Assembly: GCA_951406725.2 (NCBI GenBank)
Contig: OX597821.1
Location: 107,694,001 to 107,758,000 of the forward strand
Reading direction: 5' to 3'
Length of the DNA: 64,000 nt
Source: Octopus vulgaris
Taxonomy: Eukaryota
The notes under the pieces are model-generated. The model made no database searches, was not told the DNA's origin, and worked only from the letters and a program-made list of their open reading frames with translations. Positions within the stretch are counted from its first letter, which is position 1. The number at the start of each line of letters is the position of its first letter. The translations under genes were made by a program, and so were the position numbers. Of the stretch, positions 11,655 to 26,383 are shown piece after piece.

Positions 11655-11686
11655 TTATATATAGAAAATGGGGCATGCCGCTTTAT

Positions 11687-11747
11687 GGGATTACCTTAGG
11701 TTTTCCGACAATAAAGTGTTTACCTTTATGGCGTAACGTCAGATCCC
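11687..11747 (-). ncRNA. Decayed type I hammerhead
   Basis: gggat-CTGACGt-[..ataaag-gtaaaca-ctttat..]-GAAAa-cct-a-agg-TA-atccc. Stems I and III intact; core has A9>U and one extra A. Confidence 0.65.
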
Positions 11748-11908
11748 AAAATATGGAGGGGGAAATTGTTCTCTCTCTCTATATATAGTTTGCTACTTAT
11801 TCTAACGATCTCTTGTGCTGAACCTTTAAGTTACTTGGAAGTAAAGCTTGTGGGGCACATACACACGCGCACACGCACACGCGCGCACACGCTGGCGCGC
11901 ACGCGACG

Positions 11909-12058
11909 GTGTTCTTTCAGTTTCCGTCTACCAAATCAACACGCAAGGCTTTGGTTGGTTAGAGACTATAGTTGAAGATACTTGCCCGAGGTGCCACAGA
12001 GTGGGACTGAACTCAGTATTATGCGGTTGGAGACCAAGCTTTTTACCACAAGCCATTC
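11909..12058 (-). mobile_element. SINE family C, 5' half
   Basis: ttctttcagtttccgtctaccaaatc...gtgggactgaac. Confidence 0.85.
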
Positions 12059-12076
12059 TCATAAGCACATGTATAC

Positions 12077-12124
<48 letters not shown>

Positions 12125-12163
12125 ATAGGTATATACGTGTATATATATTACACGTATATACCT

Positions 12164-12215
<52 letters not shown>

Positions 12216-12344
12216 GTGCTTATGAGAATGGCTTGTGGTAAAAAGCTTGGTCTCTAACCACATAATACTGAGTTCAGTCCCACTCTGTGGCACCTTGGGC
12301 AAGTATCTTCAACATATATATATACATACATATATATACATATT

Positions 12345-12375
<31 letters not shown>

Positions 12376-12389
12376 GTACGAATATATAG

Positions 12390-12546
12390 ACACGGCTGTG
12401 TGGTAAGAAGTTTTCTTGCGAGCCACATGGTTCTGGGTTCAGTCCCACTGCATGGAACCTTGGGCAAGTGTCTTCTACTATAGCCTCGGTTCGACCAAAG
12501 CCTTGTGAGTAGATTTGGTAGACAGAAACTGATAGAAGCTCGTCGT
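12390..12546 (+). mobile_element. SINE family C, 5' half (another head fragment at 12225-12310)
   Basis: ggctgtgtggtaagaag...ggttcagtcccactgc...gatttggtagacagaaactga. Confidence 0.85.
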
Positions 12547-12582
12547 ATATATATATATATATATAATATGTACGTGAGTGTG

Positions 12583-12636
<54 letters not shown>

Positions 12637-12797
12637 TTCATAGATTGGTACTTAACGGAAATAATTTGAAGAAAAGAGATATGCAAAAAAGGAGAAACTT
12701 TTTTAATTAAGGTTAAATAGAACTACCAAGAGAATGTATAAGAGAGAAAAGGAATGATTGAGAGAGAAAGAGACAAACACGCACAATGAGAGGCAGA

Positions 12798-12848
<51 letters not shown>

Positions 12849-13680
12849 GAGAGAGAGAGAAAGAAACAGATGTAACAAAAAAGAAAGAAAATGACAAAAA
12901 AAAAACCTTGATGGAAAACGTTTTGAAAACCGAAACAAATTTATGTAAATGTATTGAAAATAAAGTAATTTCTTTTAGTAAATGGCAAGAGTTGAAGAAA
13001 AAAATGGTTAGAGCAGAGATGGAACTAATGCAAAAATAACCAAAGAATAAAAAGATTTCTCTTCCTATATCGCAACGTAACTTCTTTTTTTTTTTTTCTT
13101 GGTTCTTCTTCGTTTATTTTTTCGGTAAGTAGTGATGACTCTGACTTCCGTTTTATGTAGGCACCTGTTTTGTTTTGGGGAAGATATACAGGGAAAGAAA
13201 AAAAAATAAAGAAAGAAAGAATGAAAGAAAGAAAGAAAGGAAAGAGAAAAATAGGTAAAACAAAAAACAGGAATTTAATGTTCGAAAAAAAAGACGTTTT
13301 ATGATACGGGAGAATTGTTTTGTTTGGCAGTTTTATTATTATTTAATTTTTTTTTTTGTCAGCATCTTTTATCAATGTCAGATGCTACACATGTACGCAT
13401 GTATGCATGTATGTATGTATGTATGCGTCTATGCATGTATGCATGTATGTATGTATGTATGTATGTTTGCGTGTATGTGTGTCTATGTATGTGTGTATGT
13501 ATGTATGTGAATATATATGAGTATGTATGCATGTATGCATTTATATGTGTATGTATGTGTGGATGGATGGATGTGAGTATATATGTATGTATATGTATGT
13601 GTGTGAATGTATGTACAGAGTGTGTATGCACGACCTTTTATATGTATGTCTGCATATACATTTGTAGTGAGTGTGTGTAT

Positions 13681-13811
<131 letters not shown>

Positions 13812-14173
13812 ATATATACTTGTATGATTGCAGGTATATATTGATGTGTTAATGAATGTATATATACTAACGTACGTATATATATAGATGTCCACATATG
13901 TACCCAATTATACACACACTCACATATACACACATATGTACGTATGATTGTATGTGTACACCAGCAACCACGTATGTCTATAGAATCGGAATAAAGACCG
14001 TTCATTTTATTCACTCGCTCATTTAATTGCTCGGAGAGGTTTTGTCACTTGAAGAATTTCACAGAGCGAGAAACTCTGGTGATGGCGCAAAACATCAGCT
14101 TTGAACGAATACGCATGTCTGTCTGTCTGTTTGTCTGTACGTAACTATACAGACACATCCAAGCGTGCACTGA

Positions 14174-14481
14174 TACTGTGTCGGTCACGACGACAAGAGT
14201 TTCAGTGGATCCGATCAGCGGAAAAGCCTGCTCATAAAAATTATCGTACAAGTGGCTGAGTACTCCACAGACACGCTTGTCCTGAATGTACTTCTCAGAG
14301 AGGATCGGCGTGACACAGAATGTGACAAGGCTGGTGCTTTGAAAGACAGGTATTTGTTAGTTGAGTGACCTGGAGCAACGTGGAATGAAGTGTCTTGCTC
14401 AGGGAGTCAACAAGCCGGTAATTGAACTGACAATGTTATGATCATGAGCCGCATACACTAACCACTGAGTCACGCACCTTC
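14174..14481 (-). mobile_element. tRNA-derived SINE (domain B + tail 1)
   Basis: Tail 1 (gatccgatc..cggaa..gcctgctc...gtgacacaga) joined to ctggagcaacgtggaatgaagtgtcttgctca. Confidence 0.8.
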
Positions 14482-14662
14482 ACACACACATACATATATG
14501 TATGTATATGTATATATATACACTCATTATAACTATTCGAATTAAAGCGACATAAATCTGTCTTGATTTACATCGCTATAATCGGACTATATATATGATT
14601 ATAATATATTATAGTTATAAAAAAGCAATTTCGTGATAGCTTTCTCTCCGTAAATGGTCTAG

Positions 14663-14757
<95 letters not shown>

Positions 14758-14810
14758 TTTGTATATCTGTGCTTGTCCGCCCATTATGTATATATATATA
14801 TAATATATAA

Positions 14811-15525
14811 TACAAAAATGGGACAAGAAAGCAAAGCACCCAGGTAGTTAGGAGTTACAAAAAAGGGACAAAAAAACATCCAGACAGGCGATACAAAGAA
14901 GAGAATTATGGGTCATTCGGAGCTTCCTTTCCTCAGTCGAGTTCCCGATTATCTTTGCAATTTCGGCTGGTTATACTCGAGATTGCTCCAATCTGGCTAG
15001 CCCCAAGGAAAAACTAAGCTAAGAGCATTAGATTCATTGGAAGAAAGCAGCGAATGTATACGAAAACAAGGTCGGAAAAAAATGGAGATATGTTACACAA
15101 ATACAAAAGCAAATAAGAACATTAACAACAGGTGTCTTTCGACCAAGGACGAATTAAATTAAGCTGGTGTGTATGGAAGTAAAGCCTTACGGCAGGGACA
15201 TAAAATTTGACAGGCACATGAAGGAATATAGATTTAGCACAGATGGTAATCGAAGCAAGAAAGGTCAGGCTTGGCCAAACACCATTCGCGTGGGAAGAGA
15301 AGAAAGAGAGGTAGAAGCAAGGGGATAGAAGAATTAAGGAAGGGGGAGAAAAAATGAAAGGGGTAGAGTGAAGTGAAAGGGGAGGGAAAGTGAGCATGAA
15401 GAGAAGGCCAGGAAATGTGAGAGAGGGAGAACAAAACAACGAAGAGTGAAATGAGCGAGGTAAGTGTGAACGGGCTGATAGAAAGAAGGAAAGAATGGAA
15501 GAATAGAAAGAATAATGGAATCGTA
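14811..15525 (-). mobile_element. TA-associated repeat, probably a PLE-type 3' region
   Basis: About 250 bp shared with 19960-20215 (gagattgctccaatctggc..caaggaaaaactaagctaagagcattagattc). Terminal tacaaaa..gggacaagaa segment is tandemly reiterated here and at 15607-15690. PLE assignment is inference. Confidence 0.6.
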
Positions 15526-15714
15526 CAAAATTTATATATATATATATATACTTACATATAAGAGACCAAAGTGTACATACACCGCTATATTTTTATTTAT
15601 GAAAAGTACAAAAACGGGACAAGAACGCAAAACATCCAGACAGGTGATACAAAAAAGGGACACAACATGCAGGAGACGATACAAAGAAAACAACATACAT
15701 ATATATATATATCC

Positions 15715-15750
15715 CTTTCTGTAGAGGAGCGTAGGCTCGAAACGTAAAAG
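15715..15750 (+). ncRNA. Minimal hammerhead variant (CUGUAGA core)
   Basis: cttt-CTGTAGA-g-gagc-gtag-gctc-GAAA-cg-TA-aaag, followed by a 90-nt tail shared with 42505-42595 (reverse strand). Confidence 0.6.
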
Positions 15751-15839
15751 ACCTTTTCTATTCCTGAGCGTTATACTAATACATCTGTTTGTTTTGTACA
15801 CCACCTGTCTTCGTCTTTTGTTTTTTTCGTAAACTTTCC

Positions 15840-15896
<57 letters not shown>

Positions 15897-15914
15897 CATA
15901 TACATGCATTCTTT

Positions 15915-16129
15915 TATACTTTGTTTCAGTGATTTTTGACATCGGTCATGCTGGAGCACCACCTTGAAGGATTTAGTCGAACAAATCGACACCATGGCTT
16001 TTTTTAAAGCCTAGTACTTATTCCATCGTTTTTTTGCCGAACCGCTAATTTACAGGGGCGTAAACAAACCAACACCGGTTGTCAAACGTTGTTGGGGACA
16101 AACACACACACAGAGATAGATACAGATAT

Positions 16130-16182
<53 letters not shown>

Positions 16183-16326
16183 GACGATCTTCTTTCAGTT
16201 TCCGTCTACCAAATCCTCTCACAAGACTATGGTAGAAGGCATTTGCCCAAGGCGTTGCACAGTGGGAATGAACCCGGACCATGTCCTTAGGAAGCAAGAT
16301 TCTTAATAGACATTCACTCCTGCGCC
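15915..16326 (-). mobile_element. SINE family C, full length with internal microsatellite
   Basis: Tail, internal (TA)n and head all present. Confidence 0.88.
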
Positions 16327-16581
16327 TATATCATACATATTTGAAACATTTTACAAAAACACAACCACCGGAAAATTTTACAAAACTACATCAAACAAAA
16401 TATCCGTAGTTAATTCCTCATCAGTCGACATCTTAAAAATCATTACAGTTTCGCGCTATTTTGGTGTATTAGCAAAGAATGTGTATCTGTTTGTCTACGT
16501 GTCAGCCGGTTTGTAAGTCTGTCTGTCTATTTGTCTGTCTGTCCGTCTAACTATATATATCTGTCTCTCTATGCTTCTATT

Positions 16582-16617
<36 letters not shown>

Positions 16618-16816
16618 GTACGCATACATATATACGTGTATAAAGACAGGATTAGAGAGGTATATCTTTATATAACATTTTTGTATCCATGTGTGTGTGC
16701 GCACGCAGGTATTAGAACTATATATGTATGTGTATATATATATAAATAAACACATACATATATATGTATATATATATATATGTATATGTTTATATCTAAA
16801 TACATATATATACATG

Positions 16817-16870
<54 letters not shown>

Positions 16871-17359
16871 CATATATACATATATATATATTTATATATA
16901 AGCATATTTATATGCTTTTATGTATATATTTACAAATATCTATGTACGTAAAATATGTATGCGTATCTATCCAAATGCCTATCGTTATTTATATGCATGT
17001 GTGCCTCTGTGTGCGCATGTGTGTACTTATAAACACACGGGAGTCGTGTGTATCTCGAGATATGTGTCAAATTTCAATGGAGAAAGTAAAGTGTGACCTG
17101 CCGAAGCGATAGAGATCTTTCTTTACAACGTTGTGCGAACAAATACTCCTTTGATCTGTTTCTATAAGCGAACAGGATTAAACTCTTCCATTTTCACACA
17201 CACACACACACACACATACACACACACACACACACTAACTCTCGCTTTTGTACGAAGATACCTCTATAGCTTACGCAAACTGTGAACGTAGCGTAATCGC
17301 ATACATACATCAATGTTCACTAGAAAGACGCTGGTGTATTTATATGTATAATTATAAAA

Positions 17360-17417
<58 letters not shown>

Positions 17418-17559
17418 GCTTTTGCAAAGATACAAATTGTTAATGATACACGAATATTCTATAAACTTACATGCAAAATATCGACATACATACATATGAA
17501 TACATTGTTGAAGCGCCATGCATATAGACATGTTTACATAGAAGAATATAAAACAATAC

Positions 17560-17594
<35 letters not shown>

Positions 17595-18014
17595 TCAAGC
17601 AAGCATACACATAAGCACATGCACACACACACAAAAACACACACAAACACGCGCACACAAACACACACAGAAACACACATATACACACAATCACACACAC
17701 ACGCAAACACACACTCACACACAAGCACGCACACACAAACACACACACACAATCACACACACAAAAACACACACAAACACGCACACACCAACACACACAG
17801 AAACACACATACACAAGCACATACACACAAGCACACAAAAAGACCACACACAAGCACACACACAAGCACACATCCAAACACACATACACAAGCATACACA
17901 CACAAGCACACAAACACATACACAAGCACATGCATATACAAATACACACACACACAAGCACACACAAGCACACACACAAGCCCCCCACACACAAACACAC
18001 ACGTACACACTCAC

Positions 18015-18400
18015 AGGCACAGACGTGGATGTGTGGTAAGAAGTTTGCTTCCCAACCATATGGTTCTGGGTTCAGTCCCACTGCGTGACACCTTGTGCGA
18101 GTTACTAAAACTAGAGCCTCAGACCGACCAAAGCCTTGTAAATGGATTTGGTAGACGGAAACCGAAAGAAGCCCGTGGTATATACATATATTTATGCGTG
18201 AGTATCTTCGTGCCTGTGATTGTTTCACACAACCGTTTGTAATCGGTGTTGGTGTATTTACGTCCCTGTAACTTAACGGTTCAGCAAAATAGACTGATAA
18301 ATAAGTACCAGCCTTTAAAACATAAGCTTTGGGGTTAATGTCCTTCGAGTAAAAAAAAATAATTTTCAAGGCTGGGCTCCAACAAGATAGAAGTCGTACG
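18015..18400 (+). mobile_element. SINE family C
   Basis: Homology to other copies. Confidence 0.85.
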
Positions 18401-18496
18401 TCGTTTAATACACACACACACACTCACATATATATAAACATACATACATTCATAGACACATATATACATGCATACATTATCGTTTAATATAAGGAA

Positions 18497-18958
18497 TATT
18501 TCTTTCTTTATTGCCCACGGAGGGGTGGAGATAAACATATAAGGGACAAACAAGGGCAGACAGAGGGGTTACGTCGATTACATCGATCTCCAGTGCTTAA
18601 CTGGTACTTATTTAATCGAGCCCGAAAGGATGAATGGCAAAGACCTCGGCGGAATTTGAACTCAGAACGTAACAGCAGACGAAATACCGCTAAGCATTTC
18701 GCCCGGTGTGCCAACTATTCTGCCAACTCGCCGCCATTAAATATTCTTTTCTACTCTAGGGACAAGGCACGAAATTTTTGGGGAGAGGGCTAGTCAATTA
18801 GATCGACTCCAGTACGCAACTGGTGCTTAATTTATTGACCCCGAAAGGATGAAAGACAAAGTCGACCTCGGCAGAATTTGAACTCAGAACGTAGTGGCAG
18901 ACGAAATACCGCTAAGTATTTCGCCCGGCGTGCTAACGTTTCTGCCAGCTCGCCGCCT
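18497..18958 (-). mobile_element. Meta-domain SINE, tandem dimer
   Basis: Two successive copies ending ...tctgccaactcgccgcc and ...tctgccagctcgccgcc. Confidence 0.9.
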
Positions 18959-19288
18959 TTAATATAAGCAATATTAAAAATACGAATTACTAATAGTTTC
19001 GTGCCATGGAAACCCGAGTTTAGGCAGACTTATATAACGTGCTTTGAGTTTCCAAGCCAGCTTTTTGTCCAAGCAATTTCCACATTGAATATTGCTTGGA
19101 GAGACAAGGCACGTTAGAAGAATTTGCCTAACCGCATATCTCTATAACAGAAAAATGTATTAGTAGGTCTTATTTTAAATACTGTGTTCGTTAAATTATA
19201 TTTATCTCTCACTGGATGGAGTACAAGATTTTATTGATCCTGCCTTAACGGAACTGTAAAACTATAAATATGTACACATACATACATG

Positions 19289-19322
<34 letters not shown>

Positions 19323-19497
19323 CGAATGTATATATATATATATATATATATACATACATATATATGTATATATATACATATATATATATATATACATATA
19401 ACACACACACAAATATATATATATATATATACACACACATACATATATATGTATATATATATACATATATATATATGTATATATATAACACACACAA

Positions 19498-19530
<33 letters not shown>

Positions 19531-19906
19531 TATACATTTATTCTTTTATATTTTCAGCCCTGAGGCTGTGGCCATGCTGGGACAGCGCCAGTGTAATCAC
19601 TTTTTAATTGGTCAATTGTATGTGACTGGTTTTTGGTGGAAGAGGGAGATCGATACCTTTGCCCTCTTTTGAGTTTCCTGTCTTGATATTAGTTCATCTG
19701 GGATCTTGGATAACAAAAGGTGAAGTTGTGTGTGTGTGTGTGTGTGTGTCTGTGTGCATGTGTGTGTATTAATATAAACAGTCAGGTGCAATGTGTTATA
19801 ATAAAGGAAAACTATGATCGTAACTAAAGGCGACTAACTGTGTTCGAACACCTACATTGCTAGAAATAAGAGCTAAAATGCTCTGATGCTATAGTTAAAG
19901 CACAAT

Positions 19907-19959
<53 letters not shown>

Positions 19960-19960
<1 letters not shown>

Positions 19961-20212
19961 ATACAAAATGAGACAAGAACGCAAAACATCCAAATAGACG
20001 ATACAAAAAACACGGACGGGTCATTCGAAGCCTTTAATCTTCAATCATGAACCGAATCATCCGCGCAATTTCTGCTGATTAATCTTGAGATTGCTCCAAT
20101 CTGGCCAGCTCCAAGGAAAAACTAAGCTAAGAGCATTAGATTCCTTGGAAAAATTATCGAATGTATACGAAACAATGACAGAAAAACGGACGATGTTACA
20201 CGAATATAAATA

Positions 20213-20215
<3 letters not shown>
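19960..20215 (-). mobile_element. Second copy of the 14811 repeat, flanked by (TA)n on both sides
   Basis: Direct homology to about 14811-15110. Confidence 0.75.
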
Positions 20216-20268
<53 letters not shown>

Positions 20269-20282
20269 GAAGTGACTGTAAT

Positions 20283-20468
20283 CGCTCAAAATATTGATCG
20301 AGAATTCCCTATCGCTAAATCATCCATGAATTTTTATGGTGAATACATATATGCTAATAGATAATCAAGCTCAGATCGGCCGAGCGAGCGGTGCTTACAG
20401 ACGACACCACAGAAATAGCCAAAACTGATCGCTCAGTATATAGAATTGTCGGTCAGCGTTTTGGGCGT
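20283..20468. mobile_element. Old MITE-like element with degenerate inverted repeats of about 30 bp
   Basis: cgctcaaaatattgatcgagaattc versus the reverse complement of gaattgtcggtcagcgttttgggcg. Confidence 0.45.
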
Positions 20469-20593
20469 ATACACGTATACAATTTTTTGCTTTAACTACA
20501 GCATTAGAACATTTTAGTTTTTGTCTCTAGCAATATATATATATTGTAACACTCTTAGCCGCATTTAGTAACTATATATATATATATATAGAA

Positions 20594-20952
20594 GCACTCC
20601 GTCGGTTACGACGACGAGGGTTCCGGTTGATCCGAATCAACGGAACAGCCTGCTCGTGAAATTAACGTGTAAGTGGCTGAGCACTCCACAGACACGTGTA
20701 CCCTTAACGTAGTTCTCGGGGATATTCAGCGTGACACAGAGAGTGACAAGGCCGGCCCTTTGAAATACAGGTACAACAGAAACAGGAAGTAAGAGAAAGA
20801 GTACAGCAGGGATCACCACCATCCCCTGCCGGAGCCTCATGGAGCTTTAGGTGTTTTCGCTCAATAAACACTCACAACGCCCGGTCTGGGAATCGAAACC
20901 GCGATCCTATGACCGCGAGTCCGCTGCCCTAACCACTGGGCCATTGCGCCTC

Positions 20953-20953
<1 letters not shown>
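20594..20953 (-). mobile_element. tRNA-derived SINE (domain A + tail 1), well preserved
   Basis: Intact A/B boxes on the minus strand; inserted in (TA)n. Confidence 0.92.
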
Positions 20954-21036
<83 letters not shown>

Positions 21037-21169
21037 TGTGTGTGTGTAAACTTAAAGGTGAAATGTAATCTCATAAAGGAAAAATTTAATTGTTGCTATG
21101 TGTAACTATGTTACCAAAGCACCGAAAGAGAAAGAAATAAGAGTTTAAAACGCTTAATGTTGTAAGAAG

Positions 21170-21291
<122 letters not shown>

Positions 21292-22721
21292 CCCCAGCGT
21301 CTACATGGTTCTTCGTTCGTATAATTATCTATAATTTTCTGTAAATCCAGTAAATTAACGCTGTCATTATGTAAGAACTCACGCAAGACACAGCACACAT
21401 CGCATACGCACACACGAATACACACAAACACATATACATACATACATATGTATATAATTGATTTATTTCTACGCTCGCCAACATCCACTCTTTCACGCTG
21501 GCTTGCGATAATATGATAAGATGTCTGTAATGGATTGAGCCCGAATTAATTACACGGGATTATCTCTCTCGTTTTCTATCACTTTCCATTTTTTTCTTTC
21601 TGTATTTTGTATGTGTGATGTTTGCACGTGTGTATATATGTGATGTATGTGTGTGTGTGTGCGTATTCGTGATGTGTATGTTCGTATAAGTATAGTTTTC
21701 TAAGTGTGTATACAAACATGCATACACGCACACACACACACATATTCATGCATATATATACGTATATTATATGTGTGTGTACGTGTGTGTGTGTGTGTGT
21801 GTGTGATATATGTATGTGTGTATGTATCTATGTGTGTGAATATATATAAATATAGATAAAAGTATATAAATATAAATACATCTACCCCACACACATGCAT
21901 ATATATATAATAACCCCTCACGTATATATGTATGTTCATACTACGTGCGTATGTATGTATGCATATATGTATGTATCTGTCTATCATTCTAGCTACCTCT
22001 CTGTATGTATACATACACACATACACACACATACCTATGTATGTATGCATCTATGAACACACATATGCAGTTGAAAGCTGGTTATGGCAGGTTAGTGGTG
22101 GGGTGGTGGAAAGTATAAGATATCTCATAGTGTTCAGTGTTGAAAAATAATAAAGAATGAATTAAGAAACTAAACGAAAAATTAAATTCAGTTTGAAAAT
22201 TATAATTAATTAATGAATTAATAAATTAGATAAAGCTTTTCTTAAAATCCAAACTAATGAGAATAGACTGAGATCGGGAGTTTAGTGAGTGTATAAAAGA
22301 GGACAATGGCGGAACTAGGAGAAAAAAGCAGGAATAGAAATGGAAAGAAAATAGAAATATAAGTCATAAAGGTAACTTAATATTTTGTATAATGATTATT
22401 GCTCTTTGATAATTGATGTATATTAATTTTGTAGTCAAAAATCGAGTTGTTTAAATAGTTAATTGTTTTGGTGCCGACACTTCGAAATTAGTTCTCACTT
22501 ATATTTCTAATATTTATTTATTATGCTGAAGGTTAAGTACGTCATAAGAGGCAAAATTTACCGTGGTATTCGTCTAGAAATAGTATCTGAAAAGAATTTG
22601 TGTTTAAAAACGCGATACATACAAAGAATTTCCATTTTTTCCGAACTTTAAACTAACACACCTGCTTGTTGTTCTTACACCGGTCTTTGTCTTTATTCTC
22701 CTGCAAATTTGAACTATCTAT

Positions 22722-22824
<103 letters not shown>

Positions 22825-23026
22825 CTCGGTTTACAGAGAGAAAGCTACTATTTGTAAGTTCGATTCTGCCTGAGGCTAGCTCATCATTTTTCAGTCATTT
22901 GTTTATAGTTAAAACTTGTCGCTTGAAATCGGATAATGAATATCATTATAATATATATTATATACGGTTATTACATATATATATATATACATATATATAT
23001 ATATGTAATGAGAGAGAGAGAGAGAG

Positions 23027-23072
<46 letters not shown>

Positions 23073-23246
23073 ATGCATATATTTGTGTGTATATATATAT
23101 ATATAAATATATATATAAAAGTCAAAATGAGGGTGAAAAAATTGGATATTAATTTAATAACATCAATTTAAACACCACTGGCCTAGCGTATAAAAGATCT
23201 ATATCTAGCGTAAGAGCATCCACATAGTGGATTCTCTCTCATATTG

Positions 23247-23329
<83 letters not shown>

Positions 23330-23436
23330 GTAAAAAATGAAAAAACTACATATTTGCGTCAATATGTCTGAAGAATATTAGAAAAATTTTTGAAGAATAT
23401 TAAAAAAATTTTTTCTCTTATAATGACATAATTTAG

Positions 23437-23475
23437 AAGAAAGACCGGTTTCGCGTTTAGCTTTTCGAATTTCTT
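23437..23475 (-). ncRNA. Mirror copy of the pLTR minimal hammerhead (core reads TCGAAAA)
   Basis: Reverse complement of 25292-25330 with one core change. Confidence 0.55.
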
Positions 23476-23678
23476 GCGACGTTATGTTTATGTTGAACAG
23501 GGTTATCGTTATGTTTATGTTCAAAAGAGTTCTAAATAAGGGAGGTAATGAGTGATTTCTTCCGGTGTAAGGGAGATAATCGCTTAAAATTTTTTTCCTC
23601 TCCCTTGGTGTGAATTTCTCTGTATCAGTATGTTGGGATGGTTAAGTCTGGGCTTGTACTTTTCAATGAAGAATGTTT

Positions 23679-25182
23679 GGATATGACTTAGATATGCTAA
23701 ACCACCTTCCAAAAAAAAAAAAGCCAATGAAGAAACAATCCTGGTTTCATTTGATGTAGTTAACTTCTATACCAGTATACCTCATAATTATGGACTAGAG
23801 GCAATATAGTTCTGGCTGGACCAATTTTCGGAAGAAATACCAAAAAGGATCAGTAAAGAATTCATTACTAAATCAATTGAATTCATCCTACACAATAACC
23901 ACTTCATGTTTGACAATACATTTTACCGTAAAAAATCAGGAATTGCTATGGATACAAGGGCAGCACCAGTCATTGCGAACCTAACAATGGGCTACATGGA
24001 AATAATCATTTACCAGGAATCTTTATCAATCTTTGGAAACCCCTTTCTCAATACATAAAAGAGAATTGGAAACGATTCTTAGACGATTGTTTTATTCTCT
24101 GGAATGAAAACACAGATAAACTCTTAAAATTTAAAAACCTATTGAACAGCATAAACCCAAATATACAGTTCACAATGGAATACAACCAAAAGGAGCTCCC
24201 GTTCTTGGATATACTAATTAAAAAAATTAACCTTAAAATAGAAACAGACATTTTTTACAAAGCCACAGACGCCAAACAATACCTTCTTTTTAATTCATGC
24301 CACCCAAGACACACTAAAACAAACATCCCCTTCAACCTTGCAAGAAGGATATGCACAATAGTGTCAGAACAAAATACCAGGAACTTTAGACTGCAAGAAC
24401 TCAAAAACACCCTAATTGACAGACATTACCCAGCTCAACTCATAGAGGATGGGATCAGACGTGCAACAGAAATCAACATAGAAACTTTAAGAAAAGTTCA
24501 ACACAACAACACACCTTCCCCGAAAATACTACCTTACATATCTACATACAACCCCAGAAACAAAGAAGCCTTCACCATCATCACCCAGAATTTACCAATA
24601 CTTCATAAGGACCCCAAATTAAAGGAAATTCTAAACATACACCAAATCATTAAAAGCTACAAACAACCTAAATCACTTAAAAAGATTCTCACAAAGGCAA
24701 AATTGTCTTCTGATATTACAGATGCAAAAGTAAAAATATGTGGTGGATCGAACTGTGCAACATGTCCTAACCTGCTAGAAGGATCAGAATTCCTCTTTAA
24801 AGAGGGACAGAAATTCAAGATCAAATCTAACTTTACTTGTGCCTCTGAAAACATAATTTATGTAATAAAATGTTCGGGCTGCCACCAAGACTACGTGGGA
24901 TCCACGGGACTATCACTCAGACGTAGATGCACACTGCATCGACAACAGATTGCATTCCCAGAAAACAGAATGATACCTTTTAGTGAGCACATTGAGAAAT
25001 GCGCAAAGCAACTACTACCACAATTTTTAATCTTTCCATTTTACCAACGTGCTATCGGATCATCAACACAAATTAGACTAAACAAGGAAACATTCTTCAT
25101 TGAAAAGTACAAGCCCAGACTTAACCATCCCAACATACTGATACAGAGAAGTTCACACCAAGGGAAAGGAAAAAAGTTTTAA
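23679..25182 (+). pseudogene. PLE reverse transcriptase + GIY-YIG endonuclease, disrupted
   Basis: RT motifs LVSFDVVNFYTSIP, GIAMDTRAAPVIANL, WKRFLDDCFI, LPFLDI, SCHP; Cys linker CGGSNCATC (Neptune-like); NIIYVIKC..C...YVGSTG..LRRR...H endonuclease. Frameshifts at the A12 run near 23711 and near 24046, and a stop near 23807; open from 24142 to 25182. Confidence 0.93.
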
Positions 25183-25291
25183 GTGATTATCTCCCTTACA
25201 CCGGAAGAAATCACTCATTACCTCCCCTTATTTAGAACTCTTTTAAAAATAAACGTAACGATAACCCTGTTCAACATAAACATAACGTCGC

Positions 25292-25330
25292 AAGAAATTT
25301 GAAAAGCTAAACGCGAAACCGGTCTTTCTT
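25292..25330 (+). ncRNA. Minimal hammerhead variant in the PLE pLTR
   Basis: aagaaa-t-TTGAAAA-gc-taaac-gc-GAAA-ccgg-TC-tttctt. U3-A8 replaces C3-G8; palindromic accggt stem III; GUC triplet. Confidence 0.65.
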
Positions 25331-25507
25331 CTAAATTATCTCATTATAAGAGAAAAAAATTTTTTTAATATTCTTCAAAAATTTTTCTAATATTCTTCAG
25401 ACATATTGACGCAAATATATATTTTTTAACATTTAAGCTTTCTGTAGTTTTTTCACTTTTTACTATTTTCTATATATTCAACCACGTGCTTTCACAAACC
25501 AACTTTC

Positions 25508-25635
<128 letters not shown>

Positions 25636-25761
25636 GCATATGCAAGCACACATCCGCATATATGTATGTACACAGCCACAGTTTCACACACAGGCATGTA
25701 TAGATAAATTTCGCTGTGTGTGTGTATGTTCTTGCGTGTATGTCTGCATACTGAATACTCG

Positions 25762-25814
<53 letters not shown>

Positions 25815-26315
25815 AATCTTCACACATTAAAAAACCAAGCACAACTATGTGCATAAATTTCGGTTTGTTACTAAACTGACGCAAAGAATTCCGTCTTCTC
25901 TCTTCATATTCCTTTCTATCAAAACCTCTACGCTGGATGAAATTATATTGGTAGCCGAGACGGCCAAGGATTATTAACTTTAATCCTACTGCAGTTCTAC
26001 TTTAAATCCATGTATTAACGTAATCGCCGGGTCAGGCAGTGTCGTTGTAAGCAATCGCTCAGAATGATTCGTTGAATGGACGCTGTTCCAGGGAAGAATG
26101 GTTTAATGGGTTTAGTAGTATGAGACTTCGATGCTTACGGCACAGAGTTGTGGTTTACAAGAGAAATGGCTGTTGTTGTTGTTGTTGTTGTCGTTGTTGT
26201 TGTTGTCCTCGTTGTTGCTATTTTTTCCCGATCACCAGGTGAGCCTCAATCATGTGATTCAGTATCAAGACCATTGAAACTTCGGCCATCATTTTTCGTT
26301 TTCTGTCTGTCTCTG

Positions 26316-26383
<68 letters not shown>

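Noticed and set aside
14905-14945. HHR-like CTGAGGA...GAAT on the minus strand (also about 20015-20047)
   Set aside because: GAAT instead of GAAA and no convincing stems I or II in either copy.
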